Assembly (NCBI GenBank): GCA_963799845.1
Contig: CAWCYI010000004.1
Location: forward strand, 416,001-480,000
Length of the DNA: 64,000 nucleotides
From: an uncultured Nitrososphaerota archaeon
GTDB lineage: Archaea; Thermoproteota; Nitrososphaeria; Nitrososphaerales; CADDZS01
Reading direction: 5' to 3'
Shown piece after piece: positions 31,227 to 40,902 of this stretch. How positions within the stretch are numbered: the stretch's first letter is position 1; the number at the start of each line of letters is the position of its first letter. Under the pieces are notes generated by a model. That model did no database searches, was not told the origin of the DNA, and was given only the letters and a program-made list of their open reading frames with translations. The position numbers and the translations under genes are program-made.

Positions 31227-32459
31227 TTGGCGTTAATTACTGCCATCAACCGAGCTACGGATGCCGTCTACGACTACAAACTTCCTCCAAAATACGATCT
31301 TTTCCGTCTCGCTCTGCGTGAATTTCTCCGAACTGAAATCTCGGATACTGTCGAATACTACGACAAGATAGAATTGTTCCCGGAAGAGAACATCAGAAAA
31401 TTCGCGAGGCTAGGTTACATGGGGATTCCGATTCCCCTAAAGTACGGAGGTGCGGAGCTCGGCGAGTTCGGTTATGGCCTGGCGGTTCAGGAAATAAGCA
31501 AAGTCTGCTCTTCTCACGGAACAATTATAGGGGCCCACACCGGTCTCTGCGCGATTCCAATCTGGCTTTTTGGAAACGAAGATCAGAAAAGGCGGTACCT
31601 TCCAGACCTAGCGAGCGGTAGAAAGCTGGGCGCGTTCGGATTGACAGAACCGGGCGCTGGGAGCGATGCGGCGAATATCAAGACGACAGCTGCAAAGGTT
31701 GGAGATCATTTTGTCATCAATGGCACAAAACAGTTCATCACTAACGGCGACAGGGCGGAGACGTTCGTCGTTTTCGCATCTAATGATCCAACACTCGGGG
31801 CATTCGGCGGGATAACAGCATTCATCGTCGAGAGGTCATTTGGCGGAGTTTCAACCGCGAAGGTCGAGAAGAAGATGGGTATAAGGGCCTCGACGACGGC
31901 GCAGCTGGTCTTTCAGGATTGCCCGGTACCGAAAGAAAATATTCTCGGTACTTTCGGTGCGGGGTTCCTAGTTGCTCTTACCGCTTTGGATGGCGGCCGG
32001 GCGTCTCTTTCGGCTGGCGCGGTCGGGGGCTGCGAGCTGGCTCTGGAAACGATGATAGATTGGGCTCGAGAACATCCGAAATTGGGGTCCATGCAATCGA
32101 TCCAGTGGATGATTGCGGACACTGCAATCGACGCGCATGTTTCTCGTCTGATGAGCTACGAGTCCCTTGAAGAAGTGGGAGTTTACTTCGACCGGTTATC
32201 GAGGGGAGAGAAAATTCCGCGAACGGAGCGTGAAACGATTTCAAGACACACAGCCATGGCGAAAGCGTTCTGTTCCGAAGCGGCAACGAGATCAGTTGAA
32301 AGGGCGATCCAAGTAATGGGAGCTGAGGGATACGTCGAGGGAAACGGACTCGAACGTGCCTACCGTGATTCCGTAATCGCGGAGATTTACGAGGGGACGA
32401 ACGACATTCAGCGACTGGTGATAGCGCGGGATCTGATTGGTTCTGCACCTGCAAACTAG
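31227..32459 (+). CDS. acyl-CoA dehydrogenase
   Basis: FGLTEPGAGSD, NGTKQFITNG and IYEGTNDIQR. Confidence 0.92.
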   Translation: MALITAINRATDAVYDYKLPPKYDLFRLALREFLRTEISDTVEYYDKIELFPEENIRKFARLGYMGIPIPLKYGGAELGEFGYGLAVQEISKVCSSHGTIIGAHTGLCAIPIWLFGNEDQKRRYLPDLASGRKLGAFGLTEPGAGSDAANIKTTAAKVGDHFVINGTKQFITNGDRAETFVVFASNDPTLGAFGGITAFIVERSFGGVSTAKVEKKMGIRASTTAQLVFQDCPVPKENILGTFGAGFLVALTALDGGRASLSAGAVGGCELALETMIDWAREHPKLGSMQSIQWMIADTAIDAHVSRLMSYESLEEVGVYFDRLSRGEKIPRTERETISRHTAMAKAFCSEAATRSVERAIQVMGAEGYVEGNGLERAYRDSVIAEIYEGTNDIQRLVIARDLIGSAPAN

Positions 32460-32487
32460 CCTTTTTGAAAGGTAAGCGTCCCTCCAG

Positions 32488-33111
32488 TTGACAGAGAATA
32501 ATCGGATTCTGGTTTACGTCCAGGCGATACCTTCCTCATTGCCGACTTCTCTCAAACAATTTTCAGATCTTGAAACATGCGACTTTCAAATGTCGCACTC
32601 GAGCAAGGTCGCACTTGCGTTTGCTACCTCGCTTGGTTTTCCGGAAATAATCGCTGCGGGGTTCTCTCCGATTCTGCAGGAGGCACTGGCTAGAGGCGGA
32701 ACCGGTTACCATTCCATGCCGCTTTGCGACGATCCCCTGGAGCAAATTTCATTTTTTCCAAAAGACGAATTCTCGAACATCATCGTCGGTGAAAATCCAG
32801 ATTGGGTATTCTCTGGGGCATCTCTTTGCGGAGCTATAATTGGAACGAAAGGATTCGATCTCTCCCCCGTATCGAAAAACTTACCTCAAAGATCCGTTTT
32901 GGTGGTTCCGGATTCTGGGGAAGAGAGTGCCGGCGTTGATATTAGAAGGATAAATTTCTCTACTTCTTCCAGCGTCAACCCGGAAGGGATTCTTGGCGCA
33001 TCAATCTTTGCAAAATCGGAGACCAAGAGACCGGAACTTGTGATCGGATCTCCAAGCGAAATTATCTCGTTACTATCAAGACGAATCCGGAGGCTCGTGA
33101 TCGACGAATAA
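32488..33111 (+). CDS. highly divergent EtfB-like protein
   Basis: ILVYVQAIP, LQEALARG and C-terminal KRPELVIGSPSEIISLL align by eye with the EtfB at 11700. Confidence 0.6.
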   Translation: MTENNRILVYVQAIPSSLPTSLKQFSDLETCDFQMSHSSKVALAFATSLGFPEIIAAGFSPILQEALARGGTGYHSMPLCDDPLEQISFFPKDEFSNIIVGENPDWVFSGASLCGAIIGTKGFDLSPVSKNLPQRSVLVVPDSGEESAGVDIRRINFSTSSSVNPEGILGASIFAKSETKRPELVIGSPSEIISLLSRRIRRLVIDE

Positions 33112-33942
33112 TGATCGTCGTCTTTTGCGAGCAGGGAGGATCAAGGCTCCTCGGTAAGGCGAGAGAGCTTGCTGATGCAACAGGCGATAAATTACTGGCA
33201 CTTACTTCCGAAAGTATCCGAGGATTTGCAGCTGCGTTTGATTCATCTTGGTGCGGATGAAGTTGTCAGTTGCTCGATTGAGAACTCGAGCGATTGGATC
33301 CTTGTGATTTCTGAGGTTATTCGATCGGAATCAAATGTGAGGATGGTCATTTTTCCATCGAATTCATCCGCGAACATTCTAATGGGTATCTTATACTCCA
33401 GCGTCAAAGTAAAAATTTCTTCCTTTCTCGATGGAGCAAAAGCCATCGATGCAGACTCGATTTCAAAACAATTTGAGGACTCCTTCTTTCTGCAGAAGCG
33501 ATTGAGCCCAGACAAGACGGCACTTGTTTCTCTTAAACTAACGTCTTTCGCAGAACCATTCGAGGACGCCTCACGCTATGGAAAGATAAGATCTATCCCC
33601 AGAGTGAATTCGGAAAGGGTAATTCCTTTTCCCCTGACATCGGATTCTTCAAGCAAACTTACCGTGCTGGTCGGAAGGGGAACCAGTGAAAAGACTTTGA
33701 ATCCGGCAAAGCGCCTAGCCGAAAAATATCATGGGGAGATGAAGCCCAGTTCCGGGAAGGTAGAGGTCATCTATGGCCCTTGCATTGCCGTGGAGATATC
33801 CACAAGGCTAAGAGAATTACCGGAGTTCAAAGGGGAATTGATTTCGATTGCCGAGAAAAATCTGCCAATCGGCACTATCGCCGAAGTGGCAGTAGTTACT
33901 CCTGAACTCGATTCCGTGCTGGAAGGCTTAGCTTCAGACTAG
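33111..33942 (+). CDS. highly divergent EtfA-like protein, frameshift near 33210
   Basis: The ATG in the TAATG overlap gives MIVVFCEQGGSRLLGKARELAD; the next frame gives LGADEVV, VLVGRG, CIAVEIS and ISIAEKNLPI. Confidence 0.6.
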
Positions 33943-34793
33943 TGGTATTCATAGAATCCCTTTCCCGTCTTTCGACCCAAGTAACCCGCCCTGACCATCC
34001 TCCGGAGCAGCGGGCTGGCGCGGTATTTGGGATCTTGAAACTCCCTGTAAAGCACTTCCATAACGTCCAACACTATATCGAGCCCCACAAAGTCTGCAAG
34101 CTCGAGGGGACCCATTGGGTGATTCATACCCAGCTTCATCACAGTGTCAATGTCTTCTCTACTCGCCACGCCCTCTTCCAGCGCAAAGATTGCCTCGTTT
34201 ATCATTGGACACAAGACTCTGTTAGAAACGAATCCAGCTGAATCTTTGACGACTACGGCTGTTTTTCCCAGCTTCGAGCTCACTTCTTGAATTGCAGCAA
34301 CGGTGTCATCCGAAGTCTGCAGGGCGCGCACTATCTCAACGAGTTTCATGAGCGGAACGGGATTGAAAAAATGCATTCCGACGACTCGCAGTGGATTCGA
34401 GACGAGGCTCGCGAGATAGGTAATTGGAATCGAAGAAGTGTTACTTGCGAGTATACAATCAGTTGAGCAGATTTTGTCAAGCCTCCGAAACACTTCGCTC
34501 TTTACTTCGATCTTCTCCAAGGCAGCTTCGACGACCAGCTCGCAATCGTTGAACTCCGGCAGATCAGGAGTCGGCCTGATTTTGGATTCAATTTGTTTTT
34601 TCTGAATTTCAGAGAGCCTACCTTTTTGAACGGATCGAGTCAAATTCTCGTCAATCCTTTTCATTCCCTTATTCACGAATTCTAGACTTACGTCGTTAAG
34701 CTTCACGTCGAAACCTCCCTGCGCAAATACCTGGGCTATTCCATGCCCCATCGATCCGGCTCCCACTACACCAACTTTTGCAACGCGCTGCAT
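33939..34793 (-). CDS. hbd: 3-hydroxybutyryl-CoA dehydrogenase
   Basis: GAGSMGHGIA, SNTSS, GMHFFNP, GFVSNR and HPMGPL. Confidence 0.93.
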   Translation of the reverse strand: MQRVAKVGVVGAGSMGHGIAQVFAQGGFDVKLNDVSLEFVNKGMKRIDENLTRSVQKGRLSEIQKKQIESKIRPTPDLPEFNDCELVVEAALEKIEVKSEVFRRLDKICSTDCILASNTSSIPITYLASLVSNPLRVVGMHFFNPVPLMKLVEIVRALQTSDDTVAAIQEVSSKLGKTAVVVKDSAGFVSNRVLCPMINEAIFALEEGVASREDIDTVMKLGMNHPMGPLELADFVGLDIVLDVMEVLYREFQDPKYRASPLLRRMVRAGYLGRKTGKGFYEYH

Positions 34794-34899
34794 TCTTGTT
34801 TATCGGGCATTAGGGATCTAGGGTGGAGATTTCACTCTTTTGACTTAGCTATAATAGCAGGATTAGAAATGATCTTGCAATCGGGAGTTTTTCGAGACT

Positions 34900-35946
34900 A
34901 TGCTTTACTTTGTTGGATTAGGGATCGAACAGTCACTGTCGGTAAAATCGGTGAACGAATTACGCACATGCGAAGTTGTGTACCTCGAAAGCTATACTTC
35001 CCCAAGTGTCAATGGTGAAACGATCTCCCAGATTTCGAATCTGCTAGGTCCTGCAAGAGTTGAAGTGGTAAAGCGGGAGTTGGTGGAAGATGGAAGAAAA
35101 ATTCTGGAAATCTCAAAACGTACTGATGTCGCCTTACTCTGTTCCGGCGACCCGATGGTTGCGACGACCCATCAGGAGCTCAGGACTAGGGCTGTCAGAG
35201 AGGGAATTACCACCAAGATAATTCACGGCTCGTCGATACTTTGCTCGGTTGGCGGAGAACTCGGGCTGCACTCCTACAATTTCGGCCGCGTGGTAACGAT
35301 GACAAGGGAGCCTATGCAATACACCGCTTACAACACAATTTTTGATAATCTCTTTCGGGGACTGCACACGACTATCCTTTTGGAATGGAACGAAACTCAA
35401 AATTTCTTCCTAGGTCCGGCTTCGGCAACTAAGAGTCTCGAAGATGCGGAGAGAGATCTTAGGCAAGAGATTTTGGATTCGTCGACCCTGATCCTGGTCG
35501 CCTCCAGACTGGGTTCTGATTCAGCGAAAATATGGGCGCTGACTCTTGATGGGCTGAAGAGAATGGACCTCGGGCCCCCACCTCACGTTCTCGTTATACC
35601 TGGGAGATTACACTTTACGGAGCTCGAGGCTCTGGGTGCATTATTCGGTCGAAGCGTAGATTCTTTTCCGGACAATTCCAAGCGAATACTAAGATTATCG
35701 AGGAGAATGGTGGAGAAATATACAAAGAAGACCATGATCGCCCTTGCCGGAGCAAAGAAAGCGTCCGAATCCTCTGATCGGAAAATAAATTTCGCGGATA
35801 TCTTCGAAAATGTGGAATGCTACACCAGGGACTCGGAGCGATTCCTGAACGAGGGCAGAGACGAACTTGCCGTACTAAGCATAGGCTATGCGGAGGGCCT
35901 TCTGGACTCTCTCAGGTTTGGTGGCCAGCTGGAATTCGACTGGTAA
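34900..35946 (+). CDS. dph5: diphthine synthase fused to DUF357
   Basis: LYFVGLG, ESYTS, GDPMVATTH, LHSYNFG, GLHT and LHFTE; C-terminal SIGYAEGLLD (DUF357). Confidence 0.93.
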   Translation: MLYFVGLGIEQSLSVKSVNELRTCEVVYLESYTSPSVNGETISQISNLLGPARVEVVKRELVEDGRKILEISKRTDVALLCSGDPMVATTHQELRTRAVREGITTKIIHGSSILCSVGGELGLHSYNFGRVVTMTREPMQYTAYNTIFDNLFRGLHTTILLEWNETQNFFLGPASATKSLEDAERDLRQEILDSSTLILVASRLGSDSAKIWALTLDGLKRMDLGPPPHVLVIPGRLHFTELEALGALFGRSVDSFPDNSKRILRLSRRMVEKYTKKTMIALAGAKKASESSDRKINFADIFENVECYTRDSERFLNEGRDELAVLSIGYAEGLLDSLRFGGQLEFDW

Positions 35947-35949
35947 ATT

Positions 35950-36924
35950 TTACCTGAATTGTATGAGATACATCAAGAGAAGAGCCCCAAGTCCCAAAAG
36001 AATTGGAACCGGGAGACCCGGCGCAACCTCCCTGTTTCTGAACACATAGAACGATAAAACCAGTCCAATGTCTAGAACGACCATAACGACGAAGAACGCC
36101 AGCACGCTTACGAGAATCAGAGCGATCGCAGGAACCATCGTATAGAATGCAATGTCGGCCATCCCGATTTCGATTTTTCCGAAATTTATAGTCAGGAGTC
36201 CAAAGTCTGGCCACTTGCCCAGCCTAGATTTCCTGATCGGCTTTGATTGCTCCTTCGGCTTTGCGTCACTCTCCTTCTTCACTTGGCTCTCCGCATCTCC
36301 GACCTGCTTCACCAGTTTCCCCAGGCGGCCGTAATAGATTGCGTAGATGTCGAACACTGAATAGACAGTGGGCACAATCCAATTTAGAGGAGCTTGCAGC
36401 AGGATCGGAAACGAGCTACCGAGCTCCAAAGCAAGGAAGAGCGCAAGAAGGTTTACGATCTTGGGGTAACCGCGGGCCGCCGCCACAATCGTAATGACCG
36501 ACGCAACAATGCCCGCGACAACTGGTAGAATAGAATACAGCCCCGCGATAAATGAAAAATACAGAAGAGTCACGTTGAAGATCAAGAACACGCTGATCAC
36601 TATCGAAAACCACTTCATCCGCTTTCTTCTGTAGAGGAAAGCGAGCATAGAAACGACCGCGATGTTCGCTATCACGAATACCGCCGCAAGAAGTAGAGAC
36701 GGATCTAACCCATTCCCTGCCGGATTAACAAACTGAGGTGTGGTACTCGGGACCGATATGCTCTGATTCAATTGCGTTGGAACGACGACAACCTGAGAGG
36801 GAGAGCTGGGATTTGTCCCAGCGATCCCTGTTGCGACGCGAAGGAGCGTTAACAGAGAAATGATCTGGAATAATATGGAAAATCCGAGGAGAAGCGCCTC
36901 GCTACGATCTATGATTTGCTTCAG
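35950..36924 (-). CDS. presenilin/SPP-like (A22) intramembrane aspartyl protease homolog; frame stays open upstream to a CTG at 36924
   Basis: Multi-TM protein; YSVFDIYAI, IGMADIAF and APGLP correspond to the YD, GxGD and PAL motifs. Confidence 0.72.
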   Translation of the reverse strand: MKQIIDRSEALLLGFSILFQIISLLTLLRVATGIAGTNPSSPSQVVVVPTQLNQSISVPSTTPQFVNPAGNGLDPSLLLAAVFVIANIAVVSMLAFLYRRKRMKWFSIVISVFLIFNVTLLYFSFIAGLYSILPVVAGIVASVITIVAAARGYPKIVNLLALFLALELGSSFPILLQAPLNWIVPTVYSVFDIYAIYYGRLGKLVKQVGDAESQVKKESDAKPKEQSKPIRKSRLGKWPDFGLLTINFGKIEIGMADIAFYTMVPAIALILVSVLAFFVVMVVLDIGLVLSFYVFRNREVAPGLPVPILLGLGALLLMYLIQFR

Positions 36925-36962
36925 CTGACTTCCCTTCTGGAAATAATTTCTTCGGGAGACTC

Positions 36963-38267
36963 TTAACGATTGTTGAGTGGTACTAGTGGAAGATCTTTCA
37001 TTTTATTGATCTCGTGGTAAAGAGAAATGAGGTAGACGAACGAAAAGAGGGTGAACAGGAGCCCGCTAGCTACCATTATTCCGTATCGCAATTCACCAAG
37101 TTTCCCACTCACAAACATAGTGTCGAGGATTTCGTAATGGATAGAGAGTGGCTCAAGAAATCTTGTAAAGTACGTGTTGTTTGCGATCAGGAAAGCAAGC
37201 GAGGATATCCAAACTGCGTGGAATAGGCCTCTTCTTCTCTTTGACTCCATAACGTAATAGTCTACAAGCCCGAGTCCAAGAAAGTAGATCGTGTACTGCT
37301 CGTTCACGATGGATTTTGTAAGAAAGAATACAAGCGTCACAAATAGAAGCGAGAGACTGACGTTCCGAGTAATGTTTTCTTTTCCTCGAACTCTGAGAGT
37401 ACAGAAGATCGAAGCAATCAACACGGCTGGGATCCAAAGGTAAGCCAAAGTACCTAACAAATTTAGGATGGCAGGAGAAATATTGCGATAAGCATTGTAT
37501 ACGGAGAGGACAACCCAGTAGTTCATGCTATTTCCGATTTTATTTACGACGTTGACTCCGACTCCCTGAAGCTGCGACAACTTCCACTTCGTGAAAAAAA
37601 GATAGGGCAGGAGAGCAAAGAAGATGGATGATCCGACGGAGACAATAAAAAAAGTCGCTATTTTTGTCTTTGAGGTTTGGACTAATGCCAAGATTGGAAA
37701 ATAGATTAGAGGGATGACCTTGAGGAGAAAGCCAAGTGCCTCCATCAGTGCGCTTTTCTTGGTTTCATTCAAGACAAGGATTGAACCAAGCACCAGAACC
37801 ATTATGATTTGGTCGAACATGCCCCAGACGGAAGAGATGATTATCGTGAAGGGGCAGAGCATCCAGAATGAAAACGCTCTAACTCCAGATTCAACATTTT
37901 TCAAATCCGAGATCATCCCCATCAGCAAATAACCCGTTAGCAAATCCGCGATTATCATTGGCTGCTTCACGATGTAGTAGTAGACAAACCGGTCATTTAT
38001 TCCGGACAAGAGATAGATCTTGTATAGTCCCGCCTGAAAGAAAGCCCAAGTCGGAGGATACCCGATCCAGGTCATGTACTGAGCTCCCGGAAAACTAAGA
38101 TTCGGTATCGGGGCGGTGATAGAATATGGATCATTCCCACGCGAAACGTAATACCCGATTCGGAGCCAAAGCTCAAAGTCGAACGGATGGCCAGTGAACG
38201 GAGCCAGCACCTCTCGAATCGTCAAACCCGCAACGAGTGCAAGAGTGATCTTTGAACCTGTTTTCAG
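36963..38267 (-). CDS. GT-C fold membrane glycosyltransferase (PIG-M/GT87-like); start uncertain (TTG 38225 or CTG 38267)
   Basis: APFTGHPFD, YPP, KQPMIIADL, SSVWGMFD and VNEQY; about 11 TM segments. Confidence 0.75.
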   Translation of the reverse strand: MKTGSKITLALVAGLTIREVLAPFTGHPFDFELWLRIGYYVSRGNDPYSITAPIPNLSFPGAQYMTWIGYPPTWAFFQAGLYKIYLLSGINDRFVYYYIVKQPMIIADLLTGYLLMGMISDLKNVESGVRAFSFWMLCPFTIIISSVWGMFDQIIMVLVLGSILVLNETKKSALMEALGFLLKVIPLIYFPILALVQTSKTKIATFFIVSVGSSIFFALLPYLFFTKWKLSQLQGVGVNVVNKIGNSMNYWVVLSVYNAYRNISPAILNLLGTLAYLWIPAVLIASIFCTLRVRGKENITRNVSLSLLFVTLVFFLTKSIVNEQYTIYFLGLGLVDYYVMESKRRRGLFHAVWISSLAFLIANNTYFTRFLEPLSIHYEILDTMFVSGKLGELRYGIMVASGLLFTLFSFVYLISLYHEINKMKDLPLVPLNNR

Positions 38268-38380
38268 TCCCGAGGCTACCTTCTTTTGGACAAAAGTGCG
38301 GGTCTAGTTCGAAATAGGCACTGTTAAGCTTTTTATCGAGTCGGCAATCTTTTGCATGCTCAGATTCTGGAAAAGTTTTT

Positions 38381-38396
38381 TACTACAGCAGTAGGA
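38381..38396. promoter_or_regulatory. putative BlaI-family operator TACTA-CAGCAG-TAGGA
   Basis: Imperfect palindrome just upstream of the TTTAAA TATA box (38408-38413) of the BlaI-like gene. Confidence 0.5.
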
Positions 38397-38443
38397 GATA
38401 TCCAAGATTTAAACTGTCACCAGGAACCACACCAACTAAGCAG

Positions 38444-38827
38444 TTGGAAATAATCGGGGAATTAGAGTCTGACGTCCTTGAGGTATTGAAGACACGTGGC
38501 CAGGGGACGGCCGCAGATGTTATGGAAGTGTTGCAAGGAAAAAGAGAGATCGCCTACACGACCGTGAGCACTACTCTCGATAGGCTGTACAAAAAGAGGC
38601 TCGTCGAGAGAAAGGTGTTGCCCGGTCCGGGAGGAACGAAATACCTCTTTTCGCTAGGAAAGGACGAAAAACTGAAACGGAAAATAGTGGAATCTACTAT
38701 CGATAGGCTAACGAGTGCTTTCGGAGAAACAGCATATTCTGCCATTTATCGAAAATTGGACTCGCTTCCTGAAAGTGAGCTTGATCGGTTGAAAAAGCAG
38801 GTTGACAAAGCGCGGAGGAAAAAGTGA
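38444..38827 (+). CDS. BlaI/MecI/CopY family transcriptional repressor
   Basis: GELESDVLEVL and IAYTTVSTTLDRLYKKRLVER. Confidence 0.9.
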   Translation: MEIIGELESDVLEVLKTRGQGTAADVMEVLQGKREIAYTTVSTTLDRLYKKRLVERKVLPGPGGTKYLFSLGKDEKLKRKIVESTIDRLTSAFGETAYSAIYRKLDSLPESELDRLKKQVDKARRKK

Positions 38828-38833
38828 TCCCTA

Positions 38834-39799
38834 ATGCTACATTGGAACCCAAGCTTGCTTGACATTCTTGGGGACTATTTCAGGACGAGCTTTGTCGTTG
38901 CTGGTATCGCGGTAGCTGCCGTTGCTCTTGTTGCGTCAATATCGGTCTTCGTCTTCGCTCGAAATCATAACACAAAAAGTTTGTCTCTACTTACCACGAT
39001 GGGAATTTCTTCGTCTCTTTGGATTTTTATTTTTTCCAGTCTTGCGCTTTGCGTCGGTCTGGTGAAGGAGTACGCTCGTTCGCCCGATGGAACTATTCTA
39101 AACGTGGCCAGACTGGCGCTTCTTCCGACACTAGTTCTCGGCCCGGTTGCATTCTACTTTCTTAGGAAGCGAGCTGTCAAACAAGTCTATCCATTCTTCA
39201 CTCTTGCAATTAAAGGGGATAATTCGGGAACAGACTCTCTTCGAAGAAGAACCTCTTCCCTATTTTCTAATCTCATATCCGGTTCAAGACTATCGGGAAT
39301 TGGTCTTTCGATAGTTCCTGCTCTAACCAATTTACCCGTCTCTGCTGCTCTAGACTGGAAGGGTGAAAAAATTGTTGCCATTTCGGTAAGGACAATTGAA
39401 ACTCTGGACGACGATGAGCTGAAAGCGGTGCTTGCCCACGAAATAGGTCACATCGCACACAGAGATTCCCTTCGCAAAACTATGGCGACCGCATACAAGA
39501 CTGCATTTGTCTTTGATCCGGTTGCCCGTTTCGTAGAAGCTGCAGTTTACAGAGACGGTGAGTTGTATGCTGACGAGTACTCAGCAGAGTTGACTGGCAA
39601 GCCTGCCGCTCTCGCCTCGGCATTGATCAAAATTTACGAGTCATTACGCTCATCTCCCTCCTTAATTCCAAATACCACAGGGCTTTCACTATTGATGAAG
39701 GATCACGATTCCGGTCTATTCAGCAAGCAGCCTTCATTGACGCTCAGGATTAAGAGGCTTCTGGAAATGGAACGGCGTATGCAGGCGGGTTCTTTCTAA
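38834..39799 (+). CDS. membrane zinc metalloprotease M48/M56 (BlaR1/HtpX-like)
   Basis: N-terminal TMs, ELKAVLAHEIGH, ELYADEYS and LASALIK; directly downstream of the BlaI-like gene. Confidence 0.88.
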   Translation: MLHWNPSLLDILGDYFRTSFVVAGIAVAAVALVASISVFVFARNHNTKSLSLLTTMGISSSLWIFIFSSLALCVGLVKEYARSPDGTILNVARLALLPTLVLGPVAFYFLRKRAVKQVYPFFTLAIKGDNSGTDSLRRRTSSLFSNLISGSRLSGIGLSIVPALTNLPVSAALDWKGEKIVAISVRTIETLDDDELKAVLAHEIGHIAHRDSLRKTMATAYKTAFVFDPVARFVEAAVYRDGELYADEYSAELTGKPAALASALIKIYESLRSSPSLIPNTTGLSLLMKDHDSGLFSKQPSLTLRIKRLLEMERRMQAGSF

Positions 39800-39833
39800 G
39801 ACAGGAAAAGCGTTTACTGAAGGAAAAATATGT

Positions 39834-39849
39834 TACGAGTGCTATAGTA
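39834..39849. promoter_or_regulatory. putative operator TACGA-GTGCTA-TAGTA
   Basis: Same motif and spacing as the 38381 site; intergenic, upstream of the GT2 gene. Confidence 0.4.
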
Positions 39850-39963
39850 GCAAAAAAAATCCTTTTTGAAATAAGTATATTTACAGCCTATTTGCTAGAC
39901 CAATCCCCTTGAGGACTAGACGTCAATCTAATTCTAGCTCTCATTGAATAAATAGAAAAAAGT

Positions 39964-40902
39964 GTGGATGCAATGCTCGCGCTGCGTCGAATTCAATCGT
40001 TCACGATTGGGATCTGCGCAAGCGATATTGCTGAAAACTTGCCCCGCCTTCTTGAATTGATCCAGTCTGAGAGATTTCCGGAAGATTATCTATTGGAGCG
40101 AGTGGTTATAGTTGCAAGTGGTTGTTCTAAAGCTGCTCTAGACGATGCTCATGCATTCGCCAGATCTGATCGCCGGGTCATTTTATTTGAGGAGCCGATC
40201 AGAAAAGGAAAGGCGGATGCAGTAAACAAGATCATTCAAAACTCGGTAGGAAGCTATCTTGTCTTCATAAACTCCGACGCGCTACCCGACAAGGGCTCTA
40301 TATTCCAACTCCTTTCGGCGATTGAAAAGGACGAGTCGATTGGACTCGTGTCCGGTCGGCCCTCCTTTAGTCAGAGAAGCAGCGCTACATCGCTCATCGA
40401 ACAACTAATGTGGAACGTGCACATCGACTGTTCCTTCAAATTAAATCACATGAATGAAAGCAACCATGGAAGCGATGAGATGATGGTTGTAAGAACTGAC
40501 CTACTCCAGAAACTTCCTATCGGACTGGTAAACGACGGAGCATACATTGCGGGAAAGGCAAGGCTTCGAGGATATTCGATCAAATTTTGCCCCGAAGCAA
40601 CTGTACAGATAGATGTGCCCGCAAGAACGATCGACTTGATAAGACAACGACAAAGGATTATTTTTGGTCACTTTCAAGTCTGGAGGATGACCGGGAAGTC
40701 TCCAAAGACAGTAGAATCGCTCTTGCTCAGTTCTCCTTTTTTCAGTCTGGCAATAGTGGTTCGAGCGGTAGCGAGAACCCCTAGATTTATCAAAGTGATT
40801 CCCTTGGCGTTCATCGTTGAGGTTATTTCGATAGCTCAAGGCTTGAAGGATGCCATTTCATCGACGAAGAAACATGGAGTTTGGGAGAGATATGGAAACT
40901 GA
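39964..40902 (+). CDS. glycosyltransferase family 2
   Basis: KGKADAVN, FINSD, VNDG and QRQRI (QxxRW-like); C-terminal hydrophobic segments. Confidence 0.85.
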   Translation: MDAMLALRRIQSFTIGICASDIAENLPRLLELIQSERFPEDYLLERVVIVASGCSKAALDDAHAFARSDRRVILFEEPIRKGKADAVNKIIQNSVGSYLVFINSDALPDKGSIFQLLSAIEKDESIGLVSGRPSFSQRSSATSLIEQLMWNVHIDCSFKLNHMNESNHGSDEMMVVRTDLLQKLPIGLVNDGAYIAGKARLRGYSIKFCPEATVQIDVPARTIDLIRQRQRIIFGHFQVWRMTGKSPKTVESLLLSSPFFSLAIVVRAVARTPRFIKVIPLAFIVEVISIAQGLKDAISSTKKHGVWERYGN

